In this document: positions 6,475 to 16,178 of the stretch, piece by piece
Layout of the letters: each line of letters starts with the position of its first letter
Position numbering within the stretch: the first letter of the stretch is position 1
IMG/VR virus record: IMGVR_UViG_3300037882_001209
Coordinates: 1 to 46,739 of that record
Strand: one strand, 5' to 3'
From: a virus
Taxonomy: Duplodnaviria; Caudoviricetes
Length of the DNA stretch: 46,739 bases
Made by a program: the position numbers and the translations under genes
The notes under the pieces: model-generated
The model's input: the letters and a program-made list of their open reading frames with translations, nothing else
What the model was told of the DNA's origin: nothing
Databases searched by the model: none

Positions 6475-9441
6475 GTGGGAAAGAACCTAGCCAATCTGTA
6501 TTTGTCCGATACCGCAACGGTTATGGAATTCCTAGAGTTCATAACGTCAGGATGCTCACCTAAGAACTACGTATCGATCGTAGGGATTAAGGTGAAGCAT
6601 CTACGGTCCAGAGCTGACGAGCCGCCACTAATCTTCAAGCACTTCAAGGTATCTAACCTAGAAGATGCTGCAGCTTATGTACAGCAACTCGTGGCAGATC
6701 GCCGCGATGCGTACGTGCAAGCTACAGTCCTTAAAGCTTTGCCACCACAGGGCCGAGGAACTAAGGAAATGGTAGCAGGCGCAGCGCACCTGTGGTGTGA
6801 CTACGATGCATATAAGGTAGGCCAGACGAAGGCACAAGCTAAGAATAGCCTTGAGCAATTCGCGCCACCTCCTACCTTGCTAATTGATAGCGGCGGCGGG
6901 TTCCATGCCTACTGGCGTCTCGATCAGTTCGTCTCCATTGAGAGCGATATCGAGAATCGCAATAACTGGATCGCAACGACCCTCGATCAAGACAAGTGCC
7001 ACAGCTTCGAGCACATCCTACGGATTCCTGGTACCTTCAATTTTAAGGACCCAGATCATCCGCGGAAGGTAGAGTTTGCTAATCGGACTGACAGGATCTA
7101 CAAGCTGGAGGATTTCCAAGCTGTAGACTCCGAGCTCAATCTGATTAGCGGCGCGGACTTGATGGAAGAGCCTTACGACTCTTCTGCATTGGAAGCTCTG
7201 GAGCCTGAACTGCTGACCCGAATCGTTACGGGTCCTAAGGAAGAGGACCGGTCTACTAATGACTGGTTCGTGGCATGCGCGCTACTAGAGCGTGGCTTTA
7301 CGCCAGGCCAGGTACTAAGCGTATTTCTTAACCCGAATCACGCTGTAGGCGAAAAGGCTCGTCAAAGCAACGGGATTAAGTATGCGCTACGTACTATCCA
7401 GAAGGCTGTGAGCGTAGCTAAGAAAAAGTTCAAGATGCGCGCCAAGGCGCCATTGCAAGCGTTGCTAGATCCTCTCATCGTAACAGACCCCGATGGTGGC
7501 CAGCGCATTGACTTGCCTGTTCAGGGCTTGCCTCTAGCTAGGGCAGCAGCAGCTTTGCTGACCAAGGCCGGGTATCGATTCGTATTCGATAACACGAATA
7601 ATGTACCCTATGTCTTGACACCAGAAGGCGGGTTGATTAGCGCATTGCCTAACAGTCCAGCCTATGCTACTTGGATTTCTCAAATTACCTTGTTCACCAC
7701 AGAGAGCAAGGCATATAGGATGTTTTTCTCCGGGATTGCAGCCTACATCGCCGAGCATGGCGACCGGGCCACAATTCATCCCTGGGTACATCTAGACCTA
7801 GAAAGGTCCACCCTGTGGGTCCTTAGTGACCACAAGACATATAAGACTGTGTACAAGCTGCAGGCTGGGATGGACGAGATTTCTGCTGTACCCAACGGTA
7901 CCGGGAATTTTCTATTCTTCCCTAGCGACAATACGTTTGGGCAAGACTTGGTCTTTCCAGAGTCTTTCGCACAAGTCAACGAGCAGCAGCTAAGTCAGCT
8001 GTTCGATCTGACGTACGAATATTTTGCAGTCCCTCCCCGTATCAAAGCGTTCCTAACAGCATACATGCTCGCTATTCCAATCGCGCGCACTTATGTCAGG
8101 AATGGGATGCTGCCGCTTCTGCACTTAACTGGCAGGGCTGGCCACGGGAAGACGGAAGCACTAAAAATCCTAGGCGCGTTCATCTTTGGTTCAGCAGAGC
8201 CCGAGTCGGGCACGTCTATCGCGTCTGCACGCGCTATCGCCGACACTGACGTGTTGTTGCCGTTTGACGATTACGAGTCGCTTAGTAAGGAAATGAAAGA
8301 GTTCATCCTTACGTCAGCTACAGGGGCTAAGCGCCACAAGATGGCTTCTGATAGATCCTCTGTGGTGACACAACGTAACCACATCCTTATTGCTCTGTCG
8401 AGCATTTCGGATCTGGCTACCGACACACTCAAGCGTCGAGCACTACGCGTAGAAGTGAGCCATCCAAGATGGCCTACGGCAGACTTTAACTCCCTGTATA
8501 GGGATAAGTTGATTAGGCAGCGGTCCAATCTGTGGGCCATGTATTGCAAGTTTCTAATGAAGCACATTGTTCCGTCTCTTACCCAGGCTGTATACTACAA
8601 TCTAGTAGACCGGATTAGTAAGCTGATCGTAGTGAATGAATTCAAGCCCATGGCTGAATTTCTAGCGTTGGCTTACTTCATCGTTCAAAAGCTAGGGACA
8701 ATTGATCCCAGGTTTGCGGATGAGAAAGGCGAAATGCTGCACGAATGGCTAGCGTATTTTGGTCTATGCGATGCAGCCATCCTGGACGCGTACGATGAAT
8801 TCCCGACCTTCCTGCATGATATCGCGGACCGTGTAATTGCGGATATCCGGACTGGGACAGTCCCTAACGCGCTGACTAAGCATGTCTCCATTGTTGGTGG
8901 TCGTGTGTGTTCTGCGCCTAACTGGTTACGTGGTCTCGTGATAGAGACTATAGATCCAGAAGGTGTACCATTCGACCACAAGCATACATTGGTGCTTAGT
9001 GGGAAGATTGTAAGCTGGTTGGCCACTCTAGCTATTACTGGTGGACGGAGCTACGTAAGCGCTTGGAGCAATCCAAGTAGGCAGTTTGAGAATAAGTTGA
9101 AGAATATGGGTGGCGTCATAGGAACAGCCGTAGATCCTACCACAGCTACGCAAGGCGCGTTTGCGCTAGGCTCGCCTTTTTATAAGCTAGGACTACACAA
9201 TATCTGGGTGCAATTCCTAATGCCAACTGGCACACAGGCTGCCTCGGATTTGATTGTACGTCTTTGCTTCTGGTCACCAGAGTACCGGCCCCCAGCCCTA
9301 AAGGTTGCTAAGCAGGCTCTAGCCCAGCACGGTCTAGATTTTGACGAGGTCAAGGCCAGACTGGCTAGTGGTAACCTCTCTAAGGAGGAAGCGATAGCGC
9401 TTCTACAACGTATTACCAAGAAGGATAAGGAAACATCATGA
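6475..9441 (+). CDS. RepB-like (AEP) primase fused to P-loop helicase
   Basis: LWCDYD, SGGGFHAYW, ILRIPGTFNFK primase motifs; Walker A GRAGHGKT and Walker B LPFDDYE. Confidence 0.88.
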   Translation: MGKNLANLYLSDTATVMEFLEFITSGCSPKNYVSIVGIKVKHLRSRADEPPLIFKHFKVSNLEDAAAYVQQLVADRRDAYVQATVLKALPPQGRGTKEMVAGAAHLWCDYDAYKVGQTKAQAKNSLEQFAPPPTLLIDSGGGFHAYWRLDQFVSIESDIENRNNWIATTLDQDKCHSFEHILRIPGTFNFKDPDHPRKVEFANRTDRIYKLEDFQAVDSELNLISGADLMEEPYDSSALEALEPELLTRIVTGPKEEDRSTNDWFVACALLERGFTPGQVLSVFLNPNHAVGEKARQSNGIKYALRTIQKAVSVAKKKFKMRAKAPLQALLDPLIVTDPDGGQRIDLPVQGLPLARAAAALLTKAGYRFVFDNTNNVPYVLTPEGGLISALPNSPAYATWISQITLFTTESKAYRMFFSGIAAYIAEHGDRATIHPWVHLDLERSTLWVLSDHKTYKTVYKLQAGMDEISAVPNGTGNFLFFPSDNTFGQDLVFPESFAQVNEQQLSQLFDLTYEYFAVPPRIKAFLTAYMLAIPIARTYVRNGMLPLLHLTGRAGHGKTEALKILGAFIFGSAEPESGTSIASARAIADTDVLLPFDDYESLSKEMKEFILTSATGAKRHKMASDRSSVVTQRNHILIALSSISDLATDTLKRRALRVEVSHPRWPTADFNSLYRDKLIRQRSNLWAMYCKFLMKHIVPSLTQAVYYNLVDRISKLIVVNEFKPMAEFLALAYFIVQKLGTIDPRFADEKGEMLHEWLAYFGLCDAAILDAYDEFPTFLHDIADRVIADIRTGTVPNALTKHVSIVGGRVCSAPNWLRGLVIETIDPEGVPFDHKHTLVLSGKIVSWLATLAITGGRSYVSAWSNPSRQFENKLKNMGGVIGTAVDPTTATQGAFALGSPFYKLGLHNIWVQFLMPTGTQAASDLIVRLCFWSPEYRPPALKVAKQALAQHGLDFDEVKARLASGNLSKEEAIALLQRITKKDKETS

Positions 9442-9977
9442 ATGAAGGCTTAGTGCACTTCCTAGGCTTTGATCCTGGGCACACCACAGGGTTTATGCGA
9501 GCTGTCTACAATCCCGGCCTAAATGCACTTACGATTGTGCGATGGGATCCGATTATCCTAAATTTGCAAGGACTTGAGAATCCGATGGCCGGTCCGCCTA
9601 TTAGCGTATTTCAAGATCTAGACCGTCAGGTACAGAACGAGTTTGCTTGGGAGCTAGACGGCGCCGTAGTAGCAGTACATACCGCTATCGAGGATTTCGT
9701 GGGTGGCCGTGGCGGAGATGTACAAAATACAGTAAATAAGATCATCGGCATGATCATGTCAAACGTCCTTAATGCGCGCCGGAGCGATGAGAGGTTTTCG
9801 CTACCTAAGGTGTATCGCAATACCAGCCGCTATCCATACCTGCCAAAAATCAAGGCTGTAGTGGAAGCGAAGAAGTTCAAGGCTATCTCACATCATAGTG
9901 TAGACGCGGGTGCGCATCTACTTCATCGGGTAGCCTACGAGTACCCCAATGAATTTTCCACTATGAGTATTAGCTAA
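9438..9977 (+). CDS. RuvC-like Holliday junction resolvase
   Basis: FLGFDPGHTTG, IEDF and HHSVDA acidic triad. Confidence 0.8.
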   Translation: MNEGLVHFLGFDPGHTTGFMRAVYNPGLNALTIVRWDPIILNLQGLENPMAGPPISVFQDLDRQVQNEFAWELDGAVVAVHTAIEDFVGGRGGDVQNTVNKIIGMIMSNVLNARRSDERFSLPKVYRNTSRYPYLPKIKAVVEAKKFKAISHHSVDAGAHLLHRVAYEYPNEFSTMSIS

Positions 9978-10213
9978 TGGGCACCACAGGGGGAGTGCGG
10001 ATAAGCCTGGCCCAGCCATGCGAATTGTGCGCTCGCCCTGTGGTGGCACACAAGTGTATTCTATGTAACAGTAGGGTCTGCAGACGTTGCTCCTTAATGA
10101 TCGCATGGCCTGGAGAATACAGAATATGCAAAGTGTGTGTGATCTCGGACGAGCGCTGTGCGCTAAGGTGGTGGGACGATGAATGGCTTAAGTATGAAGC
10201 GTCGCGTAAGTGA
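9977..10213 (+). CDS. Cys-rich Zn-finger protein
   Basis: Four CxxC pairs in 78 aa; TAATG coupling. Confidence 0.65.
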   Translation: MGTTGGVRISLAQPCELCARPVVAHKCILCNSRVCRRCSLMIAWPGEYRICKVCVISDERCALRWWDDEWLKYEASRK

Positions 10214-11834
10214 TGGATCACCTTGGCGCCTAGTGTTTACGTCAGACGAGCCAGGGCAATTGAGTGCAGCAGCGGCATATACGGGTTCGTGGCGTACTGC
10301 TACGAATGTTACGTATGAACTATCTCCACTTGTAGTAGAGTGGTTTCAACGATTTATGCCAGAGGTTTGTATAGCCGAGGACCTTCTACGTTGGGTAGAA
10401 ACACTCGGGAAGGCTAGTGCCGCTATTAAGCGTCTAGGTACAGATGCTTCATCGCGAGTATCTGTGGGCGTACCGTACGCTGATAAGCTGTACAATTATC
10501 AGACAATTGGGGCAGCTTGGCTAGCAACAGTTAAGCGCGGCATTCTAGCAGATGAGCCCGGGTTAGGGAAGACTATTCAGAGTCTGGCGGCTTGTGATCT
10601 GCTCGACGCGGCGCGTGTACTAATCTTTACAGTCAACGAGACTGTGCAGAATCAATGGGTCGAAACGATCCGAGACTGGGGGCTAGGTACGGTCGTCAAC
10701 GTCAAAGGTACGAAGGCCCAGCGCGAGGCTCTGTTGGCTCGCACGGCGCGGTTCTACGTGCTTCCTACGTCCTGCCTATCCAGCGCGGATGCGCCCCGCA
10801 CTGGCTCAAAATCCAGTCCGCTGCGGCGCTTTCTGGCGACGGATTGGGATGTGGTCATTGTGGACGAAGCGCATATGCTTCAATCTAAAGAGAGCAAGCG
10901 CACCAAGGCTGTCCTTAAGATCAAATCCCCTGCGTTGTTCATGCTGACTGGTACCCCTGTTTGGAACCTGGGCCCCTCCCTGTGGTCCCTACTGCATGTA
11001 ATAGATAAGAATAGATGGTCGTCGGAGTGGCTGTGGTTGGAACGGTACTTTAATATCATCACCACACCGTTTGGCCGGAAGATCGGCCATGTACGTAGAG
11101 AGATGCTGGAAGCGCTCCGCGTAGAAATTGGCGGCGTAATGCTACGTAGGTCTCTGGTAGACATCCATGCAGATCTGCCCGAAGCTAAGATGATCAACGT
11201 AGAGCTAATAGCTCCGCCCGACTTACGTGCAGAGTACAAGCTACTAAAGAAGACTATCTTCGATTATCTTCCTGTGTCAATGCGCGGAGAGACTAGGCAA
11301 ATTGCTACCCGTACACAGGCAATCCCAATCCTGCGGGAGTTTCTGAATGATCCAACTGCTCGTGGCGCTAGATTTGGGAATCCCAAACTAGACAAGATTC
11401 TGGAGATTTGCACAGAGTTTACTGGGTCCATTCTAGTATTTACTTGGCACACTGCCTATGCAGAAAAACTAGCTGCTGTGCTTCCTAACGCTCAAGCGTT
11501 CCACGGGAAGCTGTCACATACAGAGCGGTCCCTTAGACTTGAGAGATTCCGACGGGGCCAAACACGTATTCTAGTGGCGTCTATGGCGTCTATTGGAGTA
11601 GGTGTAGACCTACCACAGGTAGGCGCAGCCGTATTTGCGGAAACGGACTGGACTCCGGCTATTGTAGAGCAGTCGTGGCGCCGCATCTACCGTATCACAT
11701 CTACTAGCACAAAGCTAGTGTATTTCGTATACTACGCCAAAACTGTGGAGTCGCTGGTGTATAACGCGTTCCAACGCAAGGCCGTAGCGTCTGAAGAACT
11801 AATCGCCAACGCGGTGTTTAATGAACTCGACTAA
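10194..11834 (+). CDS. SNF2-family helicase
   Basis: LADEPGLGKT, VIVDEAH, LTGTP, GVGVDL, QSWRRIYR motifs; exact start uncertain (10179-10209). Confidence 0.92.
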   Translation: MKRRVSDGSPWRLVFTSDEPGQLSAAAAYTGSWRTATNVTYELSPLVVEWFQRFMPEVCIAEDLLRWVETLGKASAAIKRLGTDASSRVSVGVPYADKLYNYQTIGAAWLATVKRGILADEPGLGKTIQSLAACDLLDAARVLIFTVNETVQNQWVETIRDWGLGTVVNVKGTKAQREALLARTARFYVLPTSCLSSADAPRTGSKSSPLRRFLATDWDVVIVDEAHMLQSKESKRTKAVLKIKSPALFMLTGTPVWNLGPSLWSLLHVIDKNRWSSEWLWLERYFNIITTPFGRKIGHVRREMLEALRVEIGGVMLRRSLVDIHADLPEAKMINVELIAPPDLRAEYKLLKKTIFDYLPVSMRGETRQIATRTQAIPILREFLNDPTARGARFGNPKLDKILEICTEFTGSILVFTWHTAYAEKLAAVLPNAQAFHGKLSHTERSLRLERFRRGQTRILVASMASIGVGVDLPQVGAAVFAETDWTPAIVEQSWRRIYRITSTSTKLVYFVYYAKTVESLVYNAFQRKAVASEELIANAVFNELD

Positions 11835-11846
11835 CAGGGAGCCACA

Positions 11847-12200
11847 ATGACGCAAGAAAAATTTGAACGTTATTGGGAGGCGTGTCGCTTGCTAGAAAAG
11901 GCCTTTGCAAAGAAGTATGCAATTACGCTAGCAGCGCTGAGGCCTATCATTAGTGCTACATGGCGTAAGGTAGAGCCAGGCTATTATGTGTGCGAACTGA
12001 CTAGTTGGGAGCGTCCACCCTACCAAATGTACGGATACATCGCAGCCCGTAATGCAGGCTTGGTACTTAAGCAGGCTAGGACGGTAACTGGACCAATCAT
12101 AGTGGATCACTACCTGCTAACGCCAAAGGGCGTAGAGATTCTACTAGATTACAAGACGGAGATCAAGCACGTGGAGGCTATTTATGCAACCAGTCCTTAG
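11847..12200 (+). CDS. hypothetical protein
   Basis: AGGGAG RBS, 117 aa. Confidence 0.7.
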   Translation: MTQEKFERYWEACRLLEKAFAKKYAITLAALRPIISATWRKVEPGYYVCELTSWERPPYQMYGYIAARNAGLVLKQARTVTGPIIVDHYLLTPKGVEILLDYKTEIKHVEAIYATSP

Positions 12201-12759
12201 TGTGCAGGATAGACTACAAGATGTGTACGGTATGCTACCTGCCGTGGTTCAGGCTGCAATGCGGGGCGATCCAGACATTTGGATCGTTGGGGGCGCAGTT
12301 GTTCGGTCTATGCTAGGGATCGATGTCTCCAGAGACATCGATGTGTTCGTTCATAGTAAGGAAGCGTACGACCGAATTTGCACCGCCTTGGCTGCCAGTG
12401 AATTCTCACGGCTAGGGCGGATTGCATCTTCGGACTACGTTGATAGTGAACGAACTGTTTGGCAACTCCAGCAAGGGATTAAGCTAGACCTGATCTGTTC
12501 GGATTATGCAGAGGTAAGAGGCTTTTTGCGCAGCTTTGACTTTTCGATCTGTCAATGCGCGTATAACGGCGAATCACTACTGCTCGAGCCAGCCTGTGTC
12601 GAAGCGCTAGTCAAGCGCAAACTTGTACAGGTCAACTACCACGAGGGGACTACGCGTGAGCGTATTGAGAAGTACAAAGCTTTCATGAGTGCTACGTTTG
12701 GAGTCTATTACACAGTGCACTTGCTTCCACCAATTCGACAAGAGTACTGGGGCTACTGA
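12184..12759 (+). CDS. nucleotidyltransferase, CCA-adding/poly(A) polymerase head domain
   Basis: WIVGGAV, RDIDVF and FDFSICQCAY motifs; GGAGG RBS. Confidence 0.82.
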   Translation: MQPVLSVQDRLQDVYGMLPAVVQAAMRGDPDIWIVGGAVVRSMLGIDVSRDIDVFVHSKEAYDRICTALAASEFSRLGRIASSDYVDSERTVWQLQQGIKLDLICSDYAEVRGFLRSFDFSICQCAYNGESLLLEPACVEALVKRKLVQVNYHEGTTRERIEKYKAFMSATFGVYYTVHLLPPIRQEYWGY

Positions 12760-14015
12760 TGGACATTGACGAAGTTCGCCCCATTCTTATGGTCTCCAAT
12801 AGCGAATTGGAGATGTTCAAGAAATGCCGGAGAAAGTGGAACCTTGCGTCGTTCAATCGTAGAAACCTGGTACCTAAGGCTCCTAATCTTAAGTTTTGGA
12901 TTGGCACTGGGTGCCATTATGCTCTGGAACGTTTTCATGGGCATAATGAGGACCCGTTGGTTGCTTTTAAGCAGTGGACTGATCAAGAGGAGGTACGACT
13001 CCGCGAGAGCCTAGGGAAGAAGGCTCCTATTGGTTTCTGGGAAGAGCTACGCGATCTGATCAGGCTAGGTCAGCGGATTCTACAGCACTACAGGTTGTTT
13101 ACCAGGAATAATCCTGACTATGCCTTCAAGTACGTAGCTACGGAGTACGAATTTTCTGTACCTATCCCTAACCAGCTTATCTATCTGCAGCACCCTAGTG
13201 GTCGCTGGCAGACGTGGGTTACTCAACGCTGGGGCCCTGACCCGACCACACACGCAGAGTTTGTGTCGCTGTATACTAGCCGGGGACTAGTGTACAATGT
13301 AGGAGAGGGCCAGATTGCGATTCCACCATTGTACGTTGGGCGCCTAGACGGACTAGTGCTAGACGAGAACGAACATGTTCACGTTATCGACCACAAGTTC
13401 ATGGCCCAGCTAGTAGACCCAGAAATGCTGCTGCTTGATACCCAGACTGCTCGTTATGTCTGGGCAGCCAATCTTGCCATTGATAATGGTTGGTGGCCAG
13501 AGGTACCACAGGGGACACGAGTGCGGGGCGCACTCTACAATGTGTGCAGGAAGAAGGCCCCTGTGGTACCACCTATGACGGAGAAGACACAACGTACTAG
13601 TGCTGCTAAGAATATCGATACTACGTACGAAGTGTTTAAGGCTACCTTGCTAGACCGGGGCGAGGACCTTAAGGACTACCGCGAGGTGCTTCTACACCTT
13701 AAGACAAGGGGTAACAAGTTTTTCCAACTGCATAAGATTGAACGACGAGCTCGTGAGCTAGAGCTGACTGGCGAGCGGCTCTCGTATGAATACGAAGAGC
13801 TAGCCCGTATTGCGTCCTTTACAAAGGATGTTCTGCACCCGGCTTTGTATCCATCCCCTACTATGGACTGTCGCTGGTCCTGCTCCTTCAAACAGATTTG
13901 CTACATCGCAAATTGGGGTGGAGATGTAGAGCATATGATAGATGCGCAGATGGAGCGCCAGGAACGGCGCGATCTGTACGCAACACAACTAGACGAAGAC
14001 GTAGGAGAGGTATAG
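12759..14015 (+). CDS. PD-(D/E)XK exonuclease (Cas4/RecB-like, probable Fe-S cluster)
   Basis: SNSELEMFKKCRRKW, GTGCHYALE, GRLDGLV..VIDHK, C-terminal CRWSCSFKQIC. Confidence 0.85.
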   Translation: MDIDEVRPILMVSNSELEMFKKCRRKWNLASFNRRNLVPKAPNLKFWIGTGCHYALERFHGHNEDPLVAFKQWTDQEEVRLRESLGKKAPIGFWEELRDLIRLGQRILQHYRLFTRNNPDYAFKYVATEYEFSVPIPNQLIYLQHPSGRWQTWVTQRWGPDPTTHAEFVSLYTSRGLVYNVGEGQIAIPPLYVGRLDGLVLDENEHVHVIDHKFMAQLVDPEMLLLDTQTARYVWAANLAIDNGWWPEVPQGTRVRGALYNVCRKKAPVVPPMTEKTQRTSAAKNIDTTYEVFKATLLDRGEDLKDYREVLLHLKTRGNKFFQLHKIERRARELELTGERLSYEYEELARIASFTKDVLHPALYPSPTMDCRWSCSFKQICYIANWGGDVEHMIDAQMERQERRDLYATQLDEDVGEV

Positions 14016-14839
14016 TGGCAATCGCACCAAAGCGGCCCCTAACAACTAAACCCAAGGATGCAGTTCGACAGCTAAACATTCTAGTGTATGGTCATACCGG
14101 CTCTGGTAAGACTCACTTCATCGGTACAGCAGCTAAGAGCCTAGAATTTGGCCGCATTTTGCTGCTCTGCCCGGATCCGGGGGCCCTTACCCTGGCATTC
14201 GACGACGACGCAAATCAAAACATCGAGATTGCGTCTATTTCATCTATGGACGATTTTGACGCTTGGTATGAGTACCTAAGCGTAGAGAATCCTAAGTCGA
14301 ACGAATTCCAGACCGTCGCTATCGACGGATTTACCGATATTTCGGAGCTTGCTTTGCAGGAAGCGCTCCGGGTTGTACACGAGAACGACAGCAATCGAGA
14401 TCCTGATCAGCCTGCAATTGATCACTGGAACCGTGTAGGCATTGCAGTACGCAGAGTCATTCGTCAATTTCGTGACCTGCCTTTGACGTTCATCGCAACG
14501 GCACTAGCTCAAGACAAGCAAGACTCCATGCAGCAGACCTTTGTTCTGCCTAGTGTAGCTGGAAAGCTTGCCGCAGAGCTAGGTGCTTATGTAGACATCA
14601 TTGGTTACCTCTACACGGAGATTGATAAGGAAACGAAGGACGTACACCGTAAGCTGCGTGTGCAGCGTACGGAGAAGATTCAAGCAAAGGATCGAACCCG
14701 GAGGCTACCGCCTATTATTCATGAGCCAACATTGCCAGGGATTCTGGACATGATTAGGAATAACCCTATTCAAGTCGCAGTACCGGCCGCAGATCCGAAG
14801 TTCATTGCAAAGAAGCCGGATCTTAGCAAGAAGAAATAG
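14015..14839 (+). CDS. AAA ATPase, Sak4-like recombination protein
   Basis: LVYGHTGSGKT, TVAIDGFT, AKDRT; GGAGAGG RBS before GTG 14015; lies between nuclease and SSB. Confidence 0.85.
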   Translation: MAIAPKRPLTTKPKDAVRQLNILVYGHTGSGKTHFIGTAAKSLEFGRILLLCPDPGALTLAFDDDANQNIEIASISSMDDFDAWYEYLSVENPKSNEFQTVAIDGFTDISELALQEALRVVHENDSNRDPDQPAIDHWNRVGIAVRRVIRQFRDLPLTFIATALAQDKQDSMQQTFVLPSVAGKLAAELGAYVDIIGYLYTEIDKETKDVHRKLRVQRTEKIQAKDRTRRLPPIIHEPTLPGILDMIRNNPIQVAVPAADPKFIAKKPDLSKKK

Positions 14840-14887
14840 TCGTAGTAGAGTAGACAGACCGATAGACAACTAGAAAAGGAAGAAAAG

Positions 14888-15283
14888 ATGCCTCCGACTC
14901 GCGTTCGTATGACTGGCCAGAAGCTCCTACCCGATGATGTTTACGAAGGCCGGGTTCTCCAGCCCGAGATTGTCATGAAGGAGGGGAAGGAATTCCCGAC
15001 CCTCGTAGTCCCTGTGCGGCTACAGCACGGAGACTCGGAGCGCGTACTCAAGCGCTTTTTCTCCTACAGCCCCAACGCCGTATGGGCTATCCAGCAGCTG
15101 CTAGACGCGCTGGATATCGAGTACTCGGTCGAGACCGAGGAAATTGATGGTGAAGAGGTAGAGAGTCTGGTGTTCGATCCCGAACAGCTAGAGGGTAAGA
15201 ACGTGGTATGTCACGTGACGACTACTACTTACCAGGGTAAGAAGCGTAACGATATCAAGTCGATCTCCCCAGCGGACGACTAA
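14888..15283 (+). CDS. single-stranded DNA-binding protein (DUF669-like)
   Basis: LLPDDVY..., LEGKNV.C.V...TYQGKKRNDIK pattern; position after Sak4-like gene. Confidence 0.7.
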   Translation: MPPTRVRMTGQKLLPDDVYEGRVLQPEIVMKEGKEFPTLVVPVRLQHGDSERVLKRFFSYSPNAVWAIQQLLDALDIEYSVETEEIDGEEVESLVFDPEQLEGKNVVCHVTTTTYQGKKRNDIKSISPADD

Positions 15284-15287
15284 CAAT

Positions 15288-15324
15288 AAAGGGCCCGCAA
15301 GTGTAATGCTTGCGGGCCCTTTTT
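15288..15324 (+). terminator. intrinsic terminator
   Basis: AAAGGGCCCGCAAG-loop-CTTGCGGGCCCTTTTT. Confidence 0.9.
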
Positions 15325-15338
15325 AGTTAGAGGGTACT

Positions 15339-16178
15339 ATGCATTTTCCGGAAGCCCCATTTTTGATCCGTCTGCGGCATGATGTGCTAGAAACAGTAAC
15401 ACTCTTACCACAGGGAGAAGTAACCAAACTCTCATCGCTGCACGGCAACTATGCCATTGATTTCTTTGGGCAGCTGCTGAATCCAGACGTGATCCAGCTG
15501 AACACTCCAGCATCTATTAGGTCCGAGCATCCTATCGCAACCATCGTAAGTTGTGATATGACGCTGCGCCCCGACTTTAATATGCTAGAGAAGATGGCCC
15601 GCACGCTGTCAACTACAGCAGGGGCCTTCATGTTTGTAGTGCAAAGTCCCTTTGCCGAGCGTGTGATAGTAGGAATTCGCAACCTACCTCTGCATCTAGT
15701 GCAGTCGCGTGCAGATGTGCTGGGAGTAGTGAATTGTTCCAAGCGTAACAATGCCTTGTACATGATCGGACGTAGTAAGACAGCTCTGGACTTTATAGAT
15801 GTAGAAATTCCAGCTCGCCCCACAGGCAAGCAGCTGTTTGTTAGTGACAAGTATAGAGACGAATGGCCAGCGGAATTTGGCTTTCGCAAGGGTGTAGATA
15901 CTAGGATTACCTATACCCAGCTGGGGTATGAGTACGTTAACACTCCAAAGAGTCCTCTACTGGCAGCGCGCCTCGTGCTTCGAGCCATTGAGTTTGCGAA
16001 CGAGCTCGAAGACTCAAGTATGCAAAGCATCGTAATGGGCCTAGAGCCAGAGAACATTGATCTTTTAACTGCAACCACCCTAACCCGACTGGCTTTTATA
16101 GCCTCGGACAGGCGATACCAACTTGATCTTCCCCGCTACAACCAGGCCATCAACGGAAGAGTTGCTAGGGCGTGCTAA
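15339..16178 (+). CDS. hypothetical protein upstream of DNA polymerase
   Basis: GAGGG RBS, 279 aa; no clear motif. Confidence 0.7.
   Translation: MHFPEAPFLIRLRHDVLETVTLLPQGEVTKLSSLHGNYAIDFFGQLLNPDVIQLNTPASIRSEHPIATIVSCDMTLRPDFNMLEKMARTLSTTAGAFMFVVQSPFAERVIVGIRNLPLHLVQSRADVLGVVNCSKRNNALYMIGRSKTALDFIDVEIPARPTGKQLFVSDKYRDEWPAEFGFRKGVDTRITYTQLGYEYVNTPKSPLLAARLVLRAIEFANELEDSSMQSIVMGLEPENIDLLTATTLTRLAFIASDRRYQLDLPRYNQAINGRVARAC

Noticed and set aside
12759-14015. CRISPR-Cas system (Cas4-like gene and repeated motif)
   Set aside because: No regularly spaced repeat-spacer array and no other cas genes; the nuclease sits in a normal nuclease-Sak4-SSB recombination module.
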